A DNA stretch of 64,000 nucleotides from Candidatus Atelocyanobacterium thalassae (GTDB taxonomy: Bacteria > Cyanobacteriota > Cyanobacteriia > Cyanobacteriales > Microcystaceae): positions 224,001 to 288,000 of the forward strand of contig JBFPLN010000003.1 in assembly GCA_051971635.1 (NCBI GenBank), read 5' to 3'. The notes below the pieces were generated by a model, which made no database searches, was not told the DNA's origin, and saw nothing but the letters and a program-made list of their open reading frames with translations. Both the position numbers and the translations under genes were made by a program. Below, piece after piece: positions 10,021-21,856 of this stretch (position 1 is its first letter; the number at the start of each line of letters is the position of its first letter).

Positions 10021-10581
10021 TTAACTTTCTTTTTTTGCTGCAACAGCAGCTAATGCACGACCTAAGGAATTTGGTATCTCATTTATACCTCTACCTAAGG
10101 AAGTTGGTATTGCATTTATTCCAATAGCAAGTTTGGCAGTAACAGAATTTATTAAGCCTGCAGTTTGTCCCATGAGCTCTTCTTTAGAAGGTAATTCAGC
10201 AATTGCTTTTACTTGTTCTTCATTTAGAGTTTGCCCTTCCATCACACCGCCACGAAAGGCAGTTTTCTTTGTTTCTTTTTTAAAAGCTTGATAAGCTCTA
10301 ATGGCACCACCTAAATCTTCTTTAACGAGAATAAAGGCTGATGATCCATTTAAAAAACTAGTGATTGGTTTCCATTTATCACTATCAATTACTGCTTTTT
10401 CCATAAAGGTATTTTTTGTTACCTTACAGATCGCTCCACTTGAGCGTAAACGATCTCTTAGATCAGTAATTTCTGCAACAGACAGACCTTGATAGTCAAT
10501 AACGAAACTTAATTCTGTTTCATTAAGTAATTCCTTTAAATTAGAAATTACCATTGCTTTGTTTTCTTTTGTCCTTCCCAT
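10021..10581 (-). CDS. rplJ: 50S ribosomal protein L10
   Basis: Motifs DYQGLSVAEITDLR and KVTKNT; lies between rplA and rplL. Confidence 0.97.
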   Translation of the reverse strand: MGRTKENKAMVISNLKELLNETELSFVIDYQGLSVAEITDLRDRLRSSGAICKVTKNTFMEKAVIDSDKWKPITSFLNGSSAFILVKEDLGGAIRAYQAFKKETKKTAFRGGVMEGQTLNEEQVKAIAELPSKEELMGQTAGLINSVTAKLAIGINAIPTSLGRGINEIPNSLGRALAAVAAKKES

Positions 10582-10611
10582 AATGTTCTCACCTCCTTTA
10601 TTTTTAGGAAA

Positions 10612-10735
10612 AAATAAGCCCTAGCAGTTTGCCGGGCTGAGGTCAAACTTGATAACAAAAAAATTTTTATTAAGCTTGATCCTTCAGGTCTTACCTCGGC
10701 AGGATTATTATGCTATTTGCCCCTGCTGTCTTTGA
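10612..10735 (-). ncRNA. Ribosomal protein L10 leader (autoregulatory RNA)
   Basis: Minus strand AAAGACAGCAGG...TAATAATCCTGCCGAGG followed by a GC hairpin (gcccggca/tgctagggc) and U-tract, directly upstream of rplJ. Confidence 0.85.
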
Positions 10736-10769
10736 TATTAACCAAAGTTTAATTTTCAATTTTAAGATT

Positions 10770-11486
10770 TTAACTATCTTCTAACTTCAAATCTCGTAAG
10801 GCATTAATATCTACTTGGATAGACGGACCCATAGAGGCAGAGACATATATGCTACGCCAGTAACGTCCCTTTGCCCCAGAAGGCCTTTGTTTATCAATGG
10901 TATCCTGTAAAGCCTTTAAATTAGTTAATAACTCTTCAGGAGAAAAGGATGCCTTGCCAAATATAACATGAACAATACCAGTACGATCAGCACGAAATTC
11001 CAATTTACCTGATTTAAATTCAGAGATTGCTTTTCCTAGATCAGAGGTAACAGTTCCTCCTTTTGGTGATGGCATTAAACCACGAGGTCCAAGTGCACGA
11101 CCAAGCTTAGCAACTTTAGGCATCATATCAGGAGTTGCTATTAAAACTTCGAAGTCCATCATTCCTTTTTGAATTTCATCAATAAGATCTTCTGAACCTA
11201 CTATGTCTGCTCCAGCATTGCTTGCTTCTTGGACTTTCTCTCCTTTTGCAATAACAGCTACTCGAATTACTTGACCTGTTCCATTAGGTAAGGAAACAGT
11301 CGTTCTTAACTGTTGATCAGTATATTTAGGATCTATTCCTAAACGTATATGGGCTTCTGCCGATTCGTTAAATTTAGCAGTAGCAGTTTCTTTTAACAAC
11401 TGTAGAGCTTCAGTTGGCTGATAAGATTGTTTTTGATCAATCCTAGATAAGGCTTCTTTGATTCGTTTTGAGAGTTTTTTAGGCAT
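10770..11486 (-). CDS. rplA: 50S ribosomal protein L1
   Basis: Motifs [16 protein letters not shown] and EFRADRTG. Confidence 0.98.
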   Translation of the reverse strand: MPKKLSKRIKEALSRIDQKQSYQPTEALQLLKETATAKFNESAEAHIRLGIDPKYTDQQLRTTVSLPNGTGQVIRVAVIAKGEKVQEASNAGADIVGSEDLIDEIQKGMMDFEVLIATPDMMPKVAKLGRALGPRGLMPSPKGGTVTSDLGKAISEFKSGKLEFRADRTGIVHVIFGKASFSPEELLTNLKALQDTIDKQRPSGAKGRYWRSIYVSASMGPSIQVDINALRDLKLEDS

Positions 11487-11547
11487 ATCTATGTTTTGGG
11501 TATTAGTGAAGTTTTCTTCTCCCCTTAAAAATCAACTTGATTTTTGC

Positions 11548-11973
11548 TTAATCTTTGATGATTACGCCCATATTACGAGCAGTTCCTTCAACAATATTCA
11601 TTGCTGCATCAATATCATTAGCATTAAGATCAGGCATCTTAGTTTGGGCAATATCCTTAAGCTGACTATGAGTGATACTACCTACTTTTTCTTTATCTGG
11701 CTGACTTGAACCTTTCTCAATTCCCGCCGCCTTAAGAATAAGTACTGAGGCTGGTGGAGTTTTAAGAACGAAGGTAAAACTACGATCTTCATAGACAGAG
11801 ATTTCAACAGGGATAATCATTCCTGCCTTATCTGATGTCTTAGCATTATATTCTTTACAAAACGCCATAATATTAACACCACGCTGTCCTAATGCTGGAC
11901 CGACAGGAGGTGCAGGGTTAGCCTTTCCTGCAGGAAGGGCAAGTTTAATTAAGGCAACAACTTTTTTCGCCAT
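11548..11973 (-). CDS. rplK: 50S ribosomal protein L11
   Basis: Motifs [15 protein letters not shown] and GTARNMG. Confidence 0.98.
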   Translation of the reverse strand: MAKKVVALIKLALPAGKANPAPPVGPALGQRGVNIMAFCKEYNAKTSDKAGMIIPVEISVYEDRSFTFVLKTPPASVLILKAAGIEKGSSQPDKEKVGSITHSQLKDIAQTKMPDLNANDIDAAMNIVEGTARNMGVIIKD

Positions 11974-11975
11974 CG

Positions 11976-12596
11976 CTAATTTTGCTTCTCAACTTGATTA
12001 AATTCTAGCTCAACCGGGGTATCTCTTCCAAAAATCGAAAGTAATGCTCTTAGTTTATTCCTTTCAGAACTAACTTCTACTACTTCTCCTTCGAAATCTT
12101 TAAATGGACCCGAGAGTACCACAATTTTGTCACCAACTTCCATATCAATTTTAATGATAGGTTCTGGTTGTTCTGTCTGTCTGAAAATTCGTTCTACTTC
12201 TGATGGGCTAAGAGGAAGCGGTTTTACGTGTCCACGGCCTCTACCGGAAGCTCGACGCTGTTCAGAACCAACAAAGTTAATTACATTGGGGGTACTTTTT
12301 ATGACCAACCAAGTGTCGTCATCCATGATCATTTTGACTAGTATGTAACCGGGGAATACTTTTTCTTCTCCCTGCTGACGACTGCCATCCTTACGCACTT
12401 TGATTGTTGGCGTTTTTGGAATTTGAATTTGTAATATATTTCCAGCTTTGTCCAAGGTTTGAACTCGCTGTTCTAAATTACTTTTTACTCGTTTCTCACA
12501 ACCAGAAGCTACTTGCACAGCATACCAGCGAGCAACAGGTTTCTGTGCATCTGAGAATTGTTCTGAATCTGGTGAATGATCATAAGTATAATTCAT
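11976..12596 (-). CDS. nusG: Transcription termination/antitermination factor NusG
   Basis: Motifs [32 protein letters not shown] and [13 protein letters not shown] at 12596 overlaps the secE stop (TAATG). Confidence 0.97.
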   Translation of the reverse strand: MNYTYDHSPDSEQFSDAQKPVARWYAVQVASGCEKRVKSNLEQRVQTLDKAGNILQIQIPKTPTIKVRKDGSRQQGEEKVFPGYILVKMIMDDDTWLVIKSTPNVINFVGSEQRRASGRGRGHVKPLPLSPSEVERIFRQTEQPEPIIKIDMEVGDKIVVLSGPFKDFEGEVVEVSSERNKLRALLSIFGRDTPVELEFNQVEKQN

Positions 12597-12823
12597 TAAA
12601 ACACCTTCCCTGATCCCCAAGTAAAGAAATTATCTACGAGATAAATTACGGTAGCCACAAGACTTACCATTAGAATAACAGCAGCAGATTCACTTAATAA
12701 CTGCTGTTTTGAGGGCCAAACAATTTTAGCCAGCTCTTCCTTTGTATCAGCTACAAAGTTTCTTGCTTTGGTATCGCCCCTAGCCTGTTTTAAATCTCTT
12801 TTAGACTCTTCTTTTCTTGTCAC
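12596..12823 (-). CDS. secE: Preprotein translocase subunit SecE
   Basis: EELAKIVWPSKQQL motif plus a single transmembrane helix; upstream of nusG. Confidence 0.95.
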   Translation of the reverse strand: MTRKEESKRDLKQARGDTKARNFVADTKEELAKIVWPSKQQLLSESAAVILMVSLVATVIYLVDNFFTWGSGKVF

Positions 12824-13008
12824 AATGATCTTTTCCCAACATAAAACGACGGTTTTTATTACTGTATTGGATTCTTAGACTTGAGAACCTAGGGACTTTA
12901 CTCCCGTTAAATTCGGAATATTTTAAGTAACCCGAATATTGCTTCTAACCATTTACCAATTAATTGATAAATAATTTTGTCTTAAAAGTACCGCATACCA
13001 ATACAGGA

Positions 13009-13082
13009 TCGGAGCGGCGGGATTTGAACCCACGACCCCTACTACCCCAAAGTAGTGCGCTACCAAGCTGCGCTACGCCCCG
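13009..13082 (-). tRNA. trnP: tRNA-Pro(GGG)
   Basis: CGGGGCGTAGCGCAGCTTGGTAGCGCA-CTACT-TTGGGGT-AGTAG-GGGTC-GTGGGTTCAAATCCCGC-CGCTCCGA folds as a cloverleaf; CCA not encoded. Confidence 0.96.
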
Positions 13083-13588
13083 ACATTCACAGAGATGTAT
13101 TATACACCTATTGCTATAATAAAAGCAACTTTAAATATATTTAAACTTTTAATTAGCTCACATTATTTATCAACAACTTCAATAACAATTTTTTTATTAA
13201 TGTATTAAAGCGAAGTTTCAAGCAGTAAAAATTTGGGAGTCTTTTCATTACCAGTAACTAAGACTACAGTGCTTAATAACATTTACAGCTATATTAATTT
13301 GTTGAAAAGATTAAATTTCAAGTATTGCCCTTGCTATCTAGTATCTACTTTTTGCTTTCTAAGGTTAATTACTTTTACTAATAATCTTATGTATTTATAA
13401 ACAATATAAAATATATAAAAAGTAAATAACTATAAATTTAATTTGTTTGTTTTAGCTAATATTTTGTTTAATAATTAATACGGGTAAAAAACTAAGAATA
13501 AATATCTTAATTAACTCAATAAAATTTAGCGAATTTTTACTGTTAAAATCTCTCTCTTTAGAGTAAATAACTAGTAATATCATGAAAG

Positions 13589-13637
13589 ATAAGACTAACA
13601 AATTTTATTACATACTGATAAAATTTGTTAGTCTTAT
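13589..13637. terminator. Perfect 20-bp-arm inverted repeat downstream of rpoZ
   Basis: ataagactaacaaattttat-9 nt-ataaaatttgttagtcttat. Confidence 0.8.
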
Positions 13638-13651
13638 TTTCTGTGATATCG

Positions 13652-13888
13652 TTAATCTCTAACATCGCTAATAATTTCTGGTTGAGTCAGCTCATCTGAC
13701 ATTTCAATAATAGCCCGAACTGCTGGCTTCATATGAGCGTTATCAATATTATCAAACTCTTCATAACGACGGCGTTTCGCTCTAATAGCTACTTGTACCG
13801 TTATACGATAACGATTAGGTGCCGCATCAAGTAGCTCTTGTGAACAATACATAATCTGGGAAGAATCAAAAGAATATTTTTTTAGCAT
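13652..13888 (-). CDS. rpoZ: RNA polymerase omega subunit (Ycf61)
   Basis: Motifs [18 protein letters not shown] and [14 protein letters not shown]. Confidence 0.93.
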   Translation of the reverse strand: MLKKYSFDSSQIMYCSQELLDAAPNRYRITVQVAIRAKRRRYEEFDNIDNAHMKPAVRAIIEMSDELTQPEIISDVRD

Positions 13889-14523
13889 ACTTAACCCGAG
13901 TCTAAGATTGAACTATAATGTAACATTCCTTTCTGTGATTGACAAACTTTTAGTTATACAGTTATGTCCTGTTGTATATTATTTTTCTCATGTCATAACT
14001 AATAAAACTATAACTAATAACATCAAGATCTATAATAAAAGAAGAACTTATATTAGAAATGAACTTTAAATATTAACTTGCTTACTCATATAACGTTAGT
14101 ATCTAGAATCCCAAAATTATGATATTGGTGGATATTATCCTTATTTATATAATTTAAAGTTAAATACTATAACTAAGAAAAAATTAATTTTTAATAATCA
14201 CTAAATATCTGTTCATATCTAAACACGAAAAAGAAAGTTTAAAAGTCACATTGATATTTATTGTATAACTATTCATTAATTAAATAAGAGAAGAACCATA
14301 TTTAGAAAATAAGTTGGCTAAATATATATAACTTTTAGTATTTGGGCTTTAAAATTCAAGTTATCTCTCCCTAACTCACGTTAATTAATTTAAATATTTT
14401 TTATATAAAAACTGTAAATTTTTTGATATATACTAAAGCGCTCTTAAATGATTTATGTTATCTTGTGGCCATAGTTAAATGCTTTATAAAAGCTAATTCT
14501 CAGAATACTTGGAAAATAATATT

Positions 14524-14940
14524 ATGGTTCAAACTAAAGAAAATAAGACGGATAATACTGTTGTCATTCCCTTTTCTGGAACCAACACAGAAAATTTACT
14601 AACAGAAAAACGTCCTTGGGGATCATTTACAACTTTAGAAGAAGGGCCAGGTTACAAGATTAAAAGAATAGAAGTTAATCCAGGTCATAGACTTAGCCTA
14701 CAGATGCACTATCATCGAAGTGAGCACTGGATAGTTGTTTCTGGTACAGCTAAGGTAACTTGCGGAGATAAAGAAAAAATTTTAGGGGCAAATGAATCAA
14801 CTTATGTTCCTCAATGTACTTCTCACCGGCTAGAAAATCCAGGAGTGATTAAATTAATTTTAATTGAAGTTCAAAATGGTGAGTATTTAGGAGAGGATGA
14901 TATTGTACGCTTCCAAGACGATTATTCGCGTCATAAATAA
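14524..14940 (+). CDS. Mannose-6-phosphate isomerase type II C-terminal cupin protein
   Basis: Motifs RPWGSF, LSLQMHYHRSEHW and EVQNGEYLGEDDIVRFQDDY. ATG at 14524 preferred over TTG at 14509. Confidence 0.9.
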   Translation: MVQTKENKTDNTVVIPFSGTNTENLLTEKRPWGSFTTLEEGPGYKIKRIEVNPGHRLSLQMHYHRSEHWIVVSGTAKVTCGDKEKILGANESTYVPQCTSHRLENPGVIKLILIEVQNGEYLGEDDIVRFQDDYSRHK

Positions 14941-15050
14941 CAAAATATAGAATTTATTTGAACTTGCTCTAACCTATTCTTTTCTCTCATAGTAAATTTA
15001 ATTTATACATATCTTAAAAAAATCCCTAGACTATATAAAATATTTTAAAT

Positions 15051-15077
15051 AAAAAAAAGAGGGATCCTTAGACCCCT
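15051..15077 (-). terminator. Intrinsic terminator of psaC
   Basis: Minus strand aggggtc-taag-gatccct followed by a U-tract. Confidence 0.7.
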
Positions 15078-15142
15078 GAGTAATATCGATTATAACAATA
15101 AGTTAAAATCGCTTCAATAATAGTGAATTAGACCACAATTAT

Positions 15143-15439
<297 letters not shown>

Positions 15440-15672
15440 TCAAGAGTTAGTTTACCGCAGTGATTGAATTTACTGATGTAAATCTTGATAGAACTTTAGA
15501 TTATTTAATAGTTGAGAAAAGAAAACAAGCAAAATATATATTTATTACCTAATTAACAATAAAAATTTTTATATGTGATAAATGTCATAGCATAAATCTA
15601 AGTCACGTATTTTTTCTGGATATTGATTAAGATATCTAAATTATTTTGTACCTATATGATAAGCAATTAGAT

Positions 15673-16059
15673 TTAGCTTGATTCATCTAATTGCTTATCA
15701 TATAGGTCAACTACTTCAACATCAACAGTACTGATTGTTCCATTACTATGGAACTTATCCTTTCTCATTTGAAAAGCTTCTCCACAATTAAAACAATAGC
15801 ATTCCATATTTTTGAAACCTGTTAACTTACTATTGCATGCAGGACAGTTATCATAAACTAAATTATATTTTAACCACAACTTAAATATTAATAAGGAAAT
15901 CACTGGAATTATTGTAATAATGCCTAATATAATTAAGAACCCATTGATTAACCAGCTTAAACCTGTTAAACCTAGCAAAAAAATTAGTAATAGCAAGTTT
16001 ATAAAACAGCTAGATTTAAAATTATTTAGCCATAATAACCTTGAAAAGTAACTATTCAT
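15673..16059 (-). CDS. Hypothetical membrane protein with a CxxC...CxxC zinc-ribbon motif
   Basis: Two hydrophobic segments, CPAC and CFNC motifs, C-terminal TVDVEVVD. Confidence 0.7.
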   Translation of the reverse strand: MNSYFSRLLWLNNFKSSCFINLLLLIFLLGLTGLSWLINGFLIILGIITIIPVISLLIFKLWLKYNLVYDNCPACNSKLTGFKNMECYCFNCGEAFQMRKDKFHSNGTISTVDVEVVDLYDKQLDESS

Positions 16060-16257
16060 TATTAAGTATTTATATTTACTTATACTTTTTTTATTATTAC
16101 ATATATTGTAAATACTGAAGATAACACAAAATTTATGTTGTCAGTACAATAGCAGTTTTACTGTATTCATAACTTATAAAAGTATTTAATATTATTCATT
16201 TTCAATCAATAAAGTTCTACAATCTTACATATTATAAAATCACCAGTAAGAAATAAG

Positions 16258-17295
16258 ATGTTTAACAATGATAATATACTTGACCGGAGTCAGGATAAAA
16301 TGAGAAAGCTATATTTCTTGGTACCAGGAACAGATGAGAACTTTTTCTGTGGTGGTCTTTTTGCAGAATTAAAAATTCTTAATTTAGCAAAACACATATG
16401 TCACTCAGAGCTAGTTACTTATAGACAAAGAGAAATAGATAAATTATTTCTGGATGATATCTTAAAACAAGACACCAAAAACATTATTTTTATAATTAGT
16501 TGGGGATTTGATATTCCTAAACTAATTAAAAGATTGAGAGGATGCAATGTAGTGTATCACGCCCACAGTAGTGGTTACAAATTTAATATTCCTTCATATA
16601 TTCCTATCATAACGGTTAGTCGTAATACAATGGGATACTGGGGACAAAATGCTCCTCACTCCCCAATATATTACTTACCGAATCAAATTTCAGATGAGTT
16701 TTGCAACTTAAATTTAACGAGGGATATTGACGTTTTAGTACAACAAAGAAAATCATCTCGGTACTTATTAGAACAATTAGTACCTCAATTACAAAGTAAA
16801 TGTAAAGTAGTTTTAATAACTACTTTTGTTGAAGATATTTCAAAACTCTTTAATCGCTCAAAAGTTTATCTTTATGATTCAGCAGAATATTGGACACAAC
16901 AAAGTGTGAGTGAAGGTTTTGGTCTACAACCCTTGGAAGCTATGGCTTGTGGTTGTCAAGTTTTTTCAAGTTTAAATGGAGGCCTCTCTGATTATTTAGA
17001 TCCAGAATTTAATTGCCAAAAAATTGCAGTTTATTCTACAGATTATGACATACAACGTATTCTTCAAGTTGTTAACAATCCAACTCCAAGTACAATAGAT
17101 AATTCATCTCAGTTACTTACAAGTTATAGAAGTAAAAAAATTATTGAACATTTGGAAATTATATTAAATCAGATTAATCTATTTTTTAACTATAAATTTA
17201 ATTCGCCAAGTGATATTGAAGATTTCTCAAAAGTAATCAAAATTAAAACTTTAACAAAAAAGATTTGGAACCAGTTAAGATATCTTAAAAGTTAA
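16258..17295 (+). CDS. Glycosyltransferase (GT4-like, GT-B fold)
   Basis: EGFGLQPLEAMACGC motif. Start may be the ATG at 16300. Confidence 0.85.
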   Translation: MFNNDNILDRSQDKMRKLYFLVPGTDENFFCGGLFAELKILNLAKHICHSELVTYRQREIDKLFLDDILKQDTKNIIFIISWGFDIPKLIKRLRGCNVVYHAHSSGYKFNIPSYIPIITVSRNTMGYWGQNAPHSPIYYLPNQISDEFCNLNLTRDIDVLVQQRKSSRYLLEQLVPQLQSKCKVVLITTFVEDISKLFNRSKVYLYDSAEYWTQQSVSEGFGLQPLEAMACGCQVFSSLNGGLSDYLDPEFNCQKIAVYSTDYDIQRILQVVNNPTPSTIDNSSQLLTSYRSKKIIEHLEIILNQINLFFNYKFNSPSDIEDFSKVIKIKTLTKKIWNQLRYLKS

Positions 17296-17306
17296 ATATT
17301 TAAGCA

Positions 17307-19790
17307 CTATAGTAAAAGATTTAAAGTTTTCCATCCTTTTATAATGTTACCTTGCATAAGCGAGCTTACACCCTCTAGTAATTGAAATTCTTTCAGGTCA
17401 AGATTCTTTTCAAAGGCAATTTTCAGGGCCATTTCTGCTTTTTTAGGTTGCCAATCATAAAGATAGACAAAAGCTAAATAAGCATAGTGGTAGGGATTAC
17501 TTTGATCTAATTTAATTAAATGTTTTAGAGACTTTATTGTCTTTTCAGAGTTCTCTTGTAAAGCTTGAGATAATACCAGTCCATAATTCCAATCTAAAGA
17601 ATTGTCCTCAATATTTTTCTCTAAGCGATATTGCAATGAAATTTCCGTTTGTTTTAGATAATCTTGAATAGGATCATATTGATTAAGACGGCCAACTTTG
17701 CTAAAAATCGTATCTAAGCCAGAGATTCCTTCGGCTAAGTTAACAGAAGCTCTTCTCAACTGAGTACTTAGATCTAATTCAGGTGACGAAATAGAATTAG
17801 ATCTATTATTAATAGTTAAAGTGATATCAGGAGTATTAATCGGATAACTTTCATGAGTAACACGATTATAGTAAATTCCTTTAAGAATATATTCTCCATC
17901 TTTTACAGATCGGATAGGAAGCATCGCTGTATTTTCTATAATCTTAAATCCGCTATTTTTTTGATTACTATCCCATAACATTCCCTGCCCAATACCATGA
18001 TCATGAATCCAAGCTATCTTATCACTATCTAAATTTTTGTTATGCCAAGATAATAAAACCAATCCCTGTTGTAAATCTTTCCAATTGCCTAACCACTCAT
18101 ATTTAATTGGTATAGGATATTCTGAAGAAACTATGCTAGGAATATCTACTCTGTTCAAAATAACTTTATCAGCAGAATAGTTGTTAAGTTTACTTATTTT
18201 GATAGATTCCTCTCGACGATGATACAACTTCACTAAGGATTCATCAGGCATATTCCAAGTTTTTATAATTTGGAATTGAGGATCAACATCTAATTGATTA
18301 GCAAAGCCTAATTGATGATCTCTAGTAAATCCGTTATCACCTGTTTTAGTAATAAACCATTCAAAAGATTTTTTATCTTGTTCAAGATATTTAATCTTAT
18401 TTCCTAACTCTCGTCCATAAACTTGAGAACCTAATAATTGTCCATAATAATTAATATTATTATGATTAATGGTATCAGTATTAGTGATAACACCTAAATT
18501 GACAATTTTATGTGGTGTAGTTTCTCTAGCAGTCTTTACAATACTATTAATAGGTATTGTTTCTCCTAAATAAGGGCGAAATACTTCTGTGGAGTTTACA
18601 GATGATAATTTTTGAGTACCAGGAATAGGAAATAAGTTTATAGTCATGGAAAAAATTGCTAAAACTAAGGTAGACCACTTAACAATTTTCCATTTATTTT
18701 CCCATAAATTCAGACAATATCCTAATAATATTGCCAAAATTGGTAAGTAAGGCATTATGTACCTACTATCTTTATTGAAAATAGCAGAACAAATTAAATA
18801 TGAGCCTATTAAATAAATTCCTAACCATTTAAGTGATTCTATATCTTTCTTACTTTCTATATTGTGTTTAGGCTTTAAGAAACGTTTTAATAAATATAAC
18901 AGCAGTCCTACTAAAGGAATTAAGAGTGGAATGAACCCTGTTGCTGAAGGTAAATCATTCCAATAAAAAGTCCAGGCACTCAAAGTATTTAGTGGTGGAT
19001 CACCTTCATAAGTTGCAGGAATATCATTAGAATTACGAATAGTACTAAATAAATAAATCCAATTCGTACTATACCAGGGTAGCCATAATAAACTGGAAAT
19101 CAAAAAGCTAAAAACTAACTGTAGTATCCTTTCCCATTCTTGCTTCCATAGATAGCTAACAACTAAGTAAATTAGAGGTACTATCAAAAAAAACATAGTA
19201 CTTTGCTTGGTTAATAAAGCAAGCCCTAAAAATATACCAAAGATAAATGACCATAACCATCTTTTTGATTTAACTTTTTCATACTTCCATAGAGTTAAGC
19301 AACAGAAAGAAGCTATTGTAAAAGTTACTAAAGGTGTATCTATTAGAAATTGTAAACGGTTTTCATATAAACGTGGAAAGATAACTGACAAGCCTGCACT
19401 CCATAGGCCAACCTGAGAGTTAAATAATATTTTACCAATGCTATATATCGATACTATCAATATAAAACTATATAGAAAATTTGATAAAAGAGCTTGGTCG
19501 TTTCCTAGACCAAACATCTTTTGAAAGAAAGCACCAACAATATATGTCAGGGGAGGATATTTTGTTGATATTTTCCAAAAATTGTGCCACCATTCAAAAT
19601 TTAGAAGTTCTAAAGAATTTAAACTATGAAAATATTGTAAAGACTTAGTTAAGTGATTGCTTTGATCCCAAGCAGGTATGGAGTTATCTAAAATTAGCCA
19701 TAAGCGATCAAAAATATTACTTCCTAACCATGTTAATCCTAAAAATATCCAAATTCTAATTTTATTTAAAGAAGGTTCTTCTCTAGACAT
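17307..19790 (-). CDS. Lipid-carrier-dependent glycosyltransferase (GT39/ArnT/PMT-like) with C-terminal TPR-like region
   Basis: Motifs PAWDQSNH, KYPPLTY, GLALLTKQ, PWY and NKDSRY; many transmembrane helices. Confidence 0.85.
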   Translation of the reverse strand: MSREEPSLNKIRIWIFLGLTWLGSNIFDRLWLILDNSIPAWDQSNHLTKSLQYFHSLNSLELLNFEWWHNFWKISTKYPPLTYIVGAFFQKMFGLGNDQALLSNFLYSFILIVSIYSIGKILFNSQVGLWSAGLSVIFPRLYENRLQFLIDTPLVTFTIASFCCLTLWKYEKVKSKRWLWSFIFGIFLGLALLTKQSTMFFLIVPLIYLVVSYLWKQEWERILQLVFSFLISSLLWLPWYSTNWIYLFSTIRNSNDIPATYEGDPPLNTLSAWTFYWNDLPSATGFIPLLIPLVGLLLYLLKRFLKPKHNIESKKDIESLKWLGIYLIGSYLICSAIFNKDSRYIMPYLPILAILLGYCLNLWENKWKIVKWSTLVLAIFSMTINLFPIPGTQKLSSVNSTEVFRPYLGETIPINSIVKTARETTPHKIVNLGVITNTDTINHNNINYYGQLLGSQVYGRELGNKIKYLEQDKKSFEWFITKTGDNGFTRDHQLGFANQLDVDPQFQIIKTWNMPDESLVKLYHRREESIKISKLNNYSADKVILNRVDIPSIVSSEYPIPIKYEWLGNWKDLQQGLVLLSWHNKNLDSDKIAWIHDHGIGQGMLWDSNQKNSGFKIIENTAMLPIRSVKDGEYILKGIYYNRVTHESYPINTPDITLTINNRSNSISSPELDLSTQLRRASVNLAEGISGLDTIFSKVGRLNQYDPIQDYLKQTEISLQYRLEKNIEDNSLDWNYGLVLSQALQENSEKTIKSLKHLIKLDQSNPYHYAYLAFVYLYDWQPKKAEMALKIAFEKNLDLKEFQLLEGVSSLMQGNIIKGWKTLNLLL

Positions 19791-20336
19791 AGAGTATAAA
19801 TTCGTTTTTTTTTTTTGATAAAATAGTAAAGTAATTATAGATCAAAGTTTTATTTTTTGTAAAAATTTGCAAATCGTCTCTATATAGATCCTAGGCATTT
19901 AATTTACATCAATAAAAAGTTTTGTTTTCCACACGATAATATTAATTTTTTTAGATATAAACATTCTATTAAAGTTAGAATAATATGTTTAATTAAATAA
20001 GATTAAAATTTAAATGATTTAAATTTTAATTGGAAAATATTTTATATACGAATCATATCCTATGATAATTTCTAATGAAGTAGGTAAATAATAATAAATA
20101 CTTTGTTTCTTGTAGTTTATTAAGATATATTTTTCGAGGCTATTATATGTTTAGTATAACTATTCTTTAGTTAACTTTATCTAGATTGACATAGAATTTA
20201 TTTTCTTAAAACTTTTAAGGTAGTTAATTCTGTAACTATTTTGTTTGATTTTCTTTAATTTATAGTAATATTTTTAAAGACTAATTACTTTGGTCGCAAC
20301 AATAACTAGTTAATTGATAAAAAATATTTTAAATTT

Positions 20337-21260
20337 TTAATTACTTCGATGGTTATTGTCAAAATGGATTCTTGTTCCTGCCCATTGTAATTTATCTCGG
20401 AGAGTTTGATAAAAAGAGTAATTCTCTCTTAGGACAATAAATTTTGCCATAAAATTTGCCATCCTAACTGAAATCCATTGTCCTGGCCAAATTGAAGTAG
20501 CTAAAGAAGCATCAGTCCACAGTTTAGTATGTAATTCATAATCCTCTAAAGGCCATATATCTACTACTGAACCAGGAGGAATTATAATAGGACGACTTGA
20601 TAAACTCAAAGGACAAATAGGAGTAACTGCAATAGCATCAATTCCAGGATGAATAATTGGTCCATTGGCTGAAGCTGTATAACATGTAGATCCTGTTGGA
20701 GTAGCTACTAACAAACCATCACCTTGATATTGATCTACAATCTCTCCATCCACTTCTAGCTCTAGAATAGCGGTAGGCATTCTATCTATACTTGCAGGCT
20801 TAACGCACATTTCATTAAGACAATAAAAACGTTCATTGCTAATTTTGGGAGCATATCGATCACCTTCGAAAATTCGAGCTTCTAACATCATGCGTTGTAA
20901 CATTGCATAGCGGTCACTTTGGAGGCGATGCCATACTTGTTCTGTATTTTTGAATAATTCGAAAGGTTCGGTTAAAAATCCCAAGTTTCCACCTATGTTT
21001 ATTGCTAATATAGGAATGCCTTCTGGTGCTAATTGTCTTGCTGCTGCTAAAACAGTACCATCTCCACCCAATATGATAGCAAGATCGATTTTTTCTGAAA
21101 CAGAGGAGAGAAATACCGGATAAGGATTATCTTTATAACCACTTGGGCCCATTAAAACTTTGCACTTAAGGGCTTCTAATTGCTTGGCGCAGGTTTGGGC
21201 CCAACTTTTGCTATGAGTATCTTCTGCCTTATGAGCAATAATAACCTGTTTGAGTTCCAC
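20337..21260 (-). CDS. nadK: NAD(+) kinase (resembles the Sll1415 type)
   Basis: Motifs GGDGT, LGFL, LNE and DGLLVATPTGSTCY. Confidence 0.95.
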   Translation of the reverse strand: MELKQVIIAHKAEDTHSKSWAQTCAKQLEALKCKVLMGPSGYKDNPYPVFLSSVSEKIDLAIILGGDGTVLAAARQLAPEGIPILAINIGGNLGFLTEPFELFKNTEQVWHRLQSDRYAMLQRMMLEARIFEGDRYAPKISNERFYCLNEMCVKPASIDRMPTAILELEVDGEIVDQYQGDGLLVATPTGSTCYTASANGPIIHPGIDAIAVTPICPLSLSSRPIIIPPGSVVDIWPLEDYELHTKLWTDASLATSIWPGQWISVRMANFMAKFIVLRENYSFYQTLRDKLQWAGTRIHFDNNHRSN

Positions 21261-21809
21261 TTTTATACACTTAGTAATGACCTTACTTAAATAATCAAGT
21301 TTAACTTCAATATTAAAGTAGAATTGTAAAAAAAATCATAACAATTTACTTAAAACTAAAAAAAAGACTTTTCAAAATTTAATTAGAAAATTAAAAGTTC
21401 AAAATACTTATATATTTACATCTTAGTAAGTGTCTTACCTATAAGACACTTCTCCCATTATCTCTTATGGTAATTAGTTACTATAGATAATAATTATTAT
21501 CCATAAGTGGTTATACCTACATCTAGACATAATATATATTAGGAATGCATAACATTTAAATATATATTTCTATATGCCAATTTTTGTCATCAAGCAAGAA
21601 TATTTTTTTAATGATTTTTTTTATTTATATTGAAGTCTAAAATAGCTATATAGTTTTGCTGACATTTCTTAGGAATAAAGTAAATTCCTTTATGTAGTTT
21701 TGATATAGTAGAAATATAGAAAATAAAATATTAATTTAAAATAAACATTTAATTAATAATAGTGTAATTGTAATACTGATAAGAAATTATTTGAATCAGT
21801 TTGAAGAAC

Positions 21810-21847
21810 CGATAAGGTATTGATATTCAGCAATCAATACCTCATCG
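21810..21847. terminator. Hairpin downstream of psaD
   Basis: cgataaggtattgat...atcaatacctcatcg (1 mismatch). Confidence 0.7.
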
Positions 21848-21856
21848 CTAAATTAC

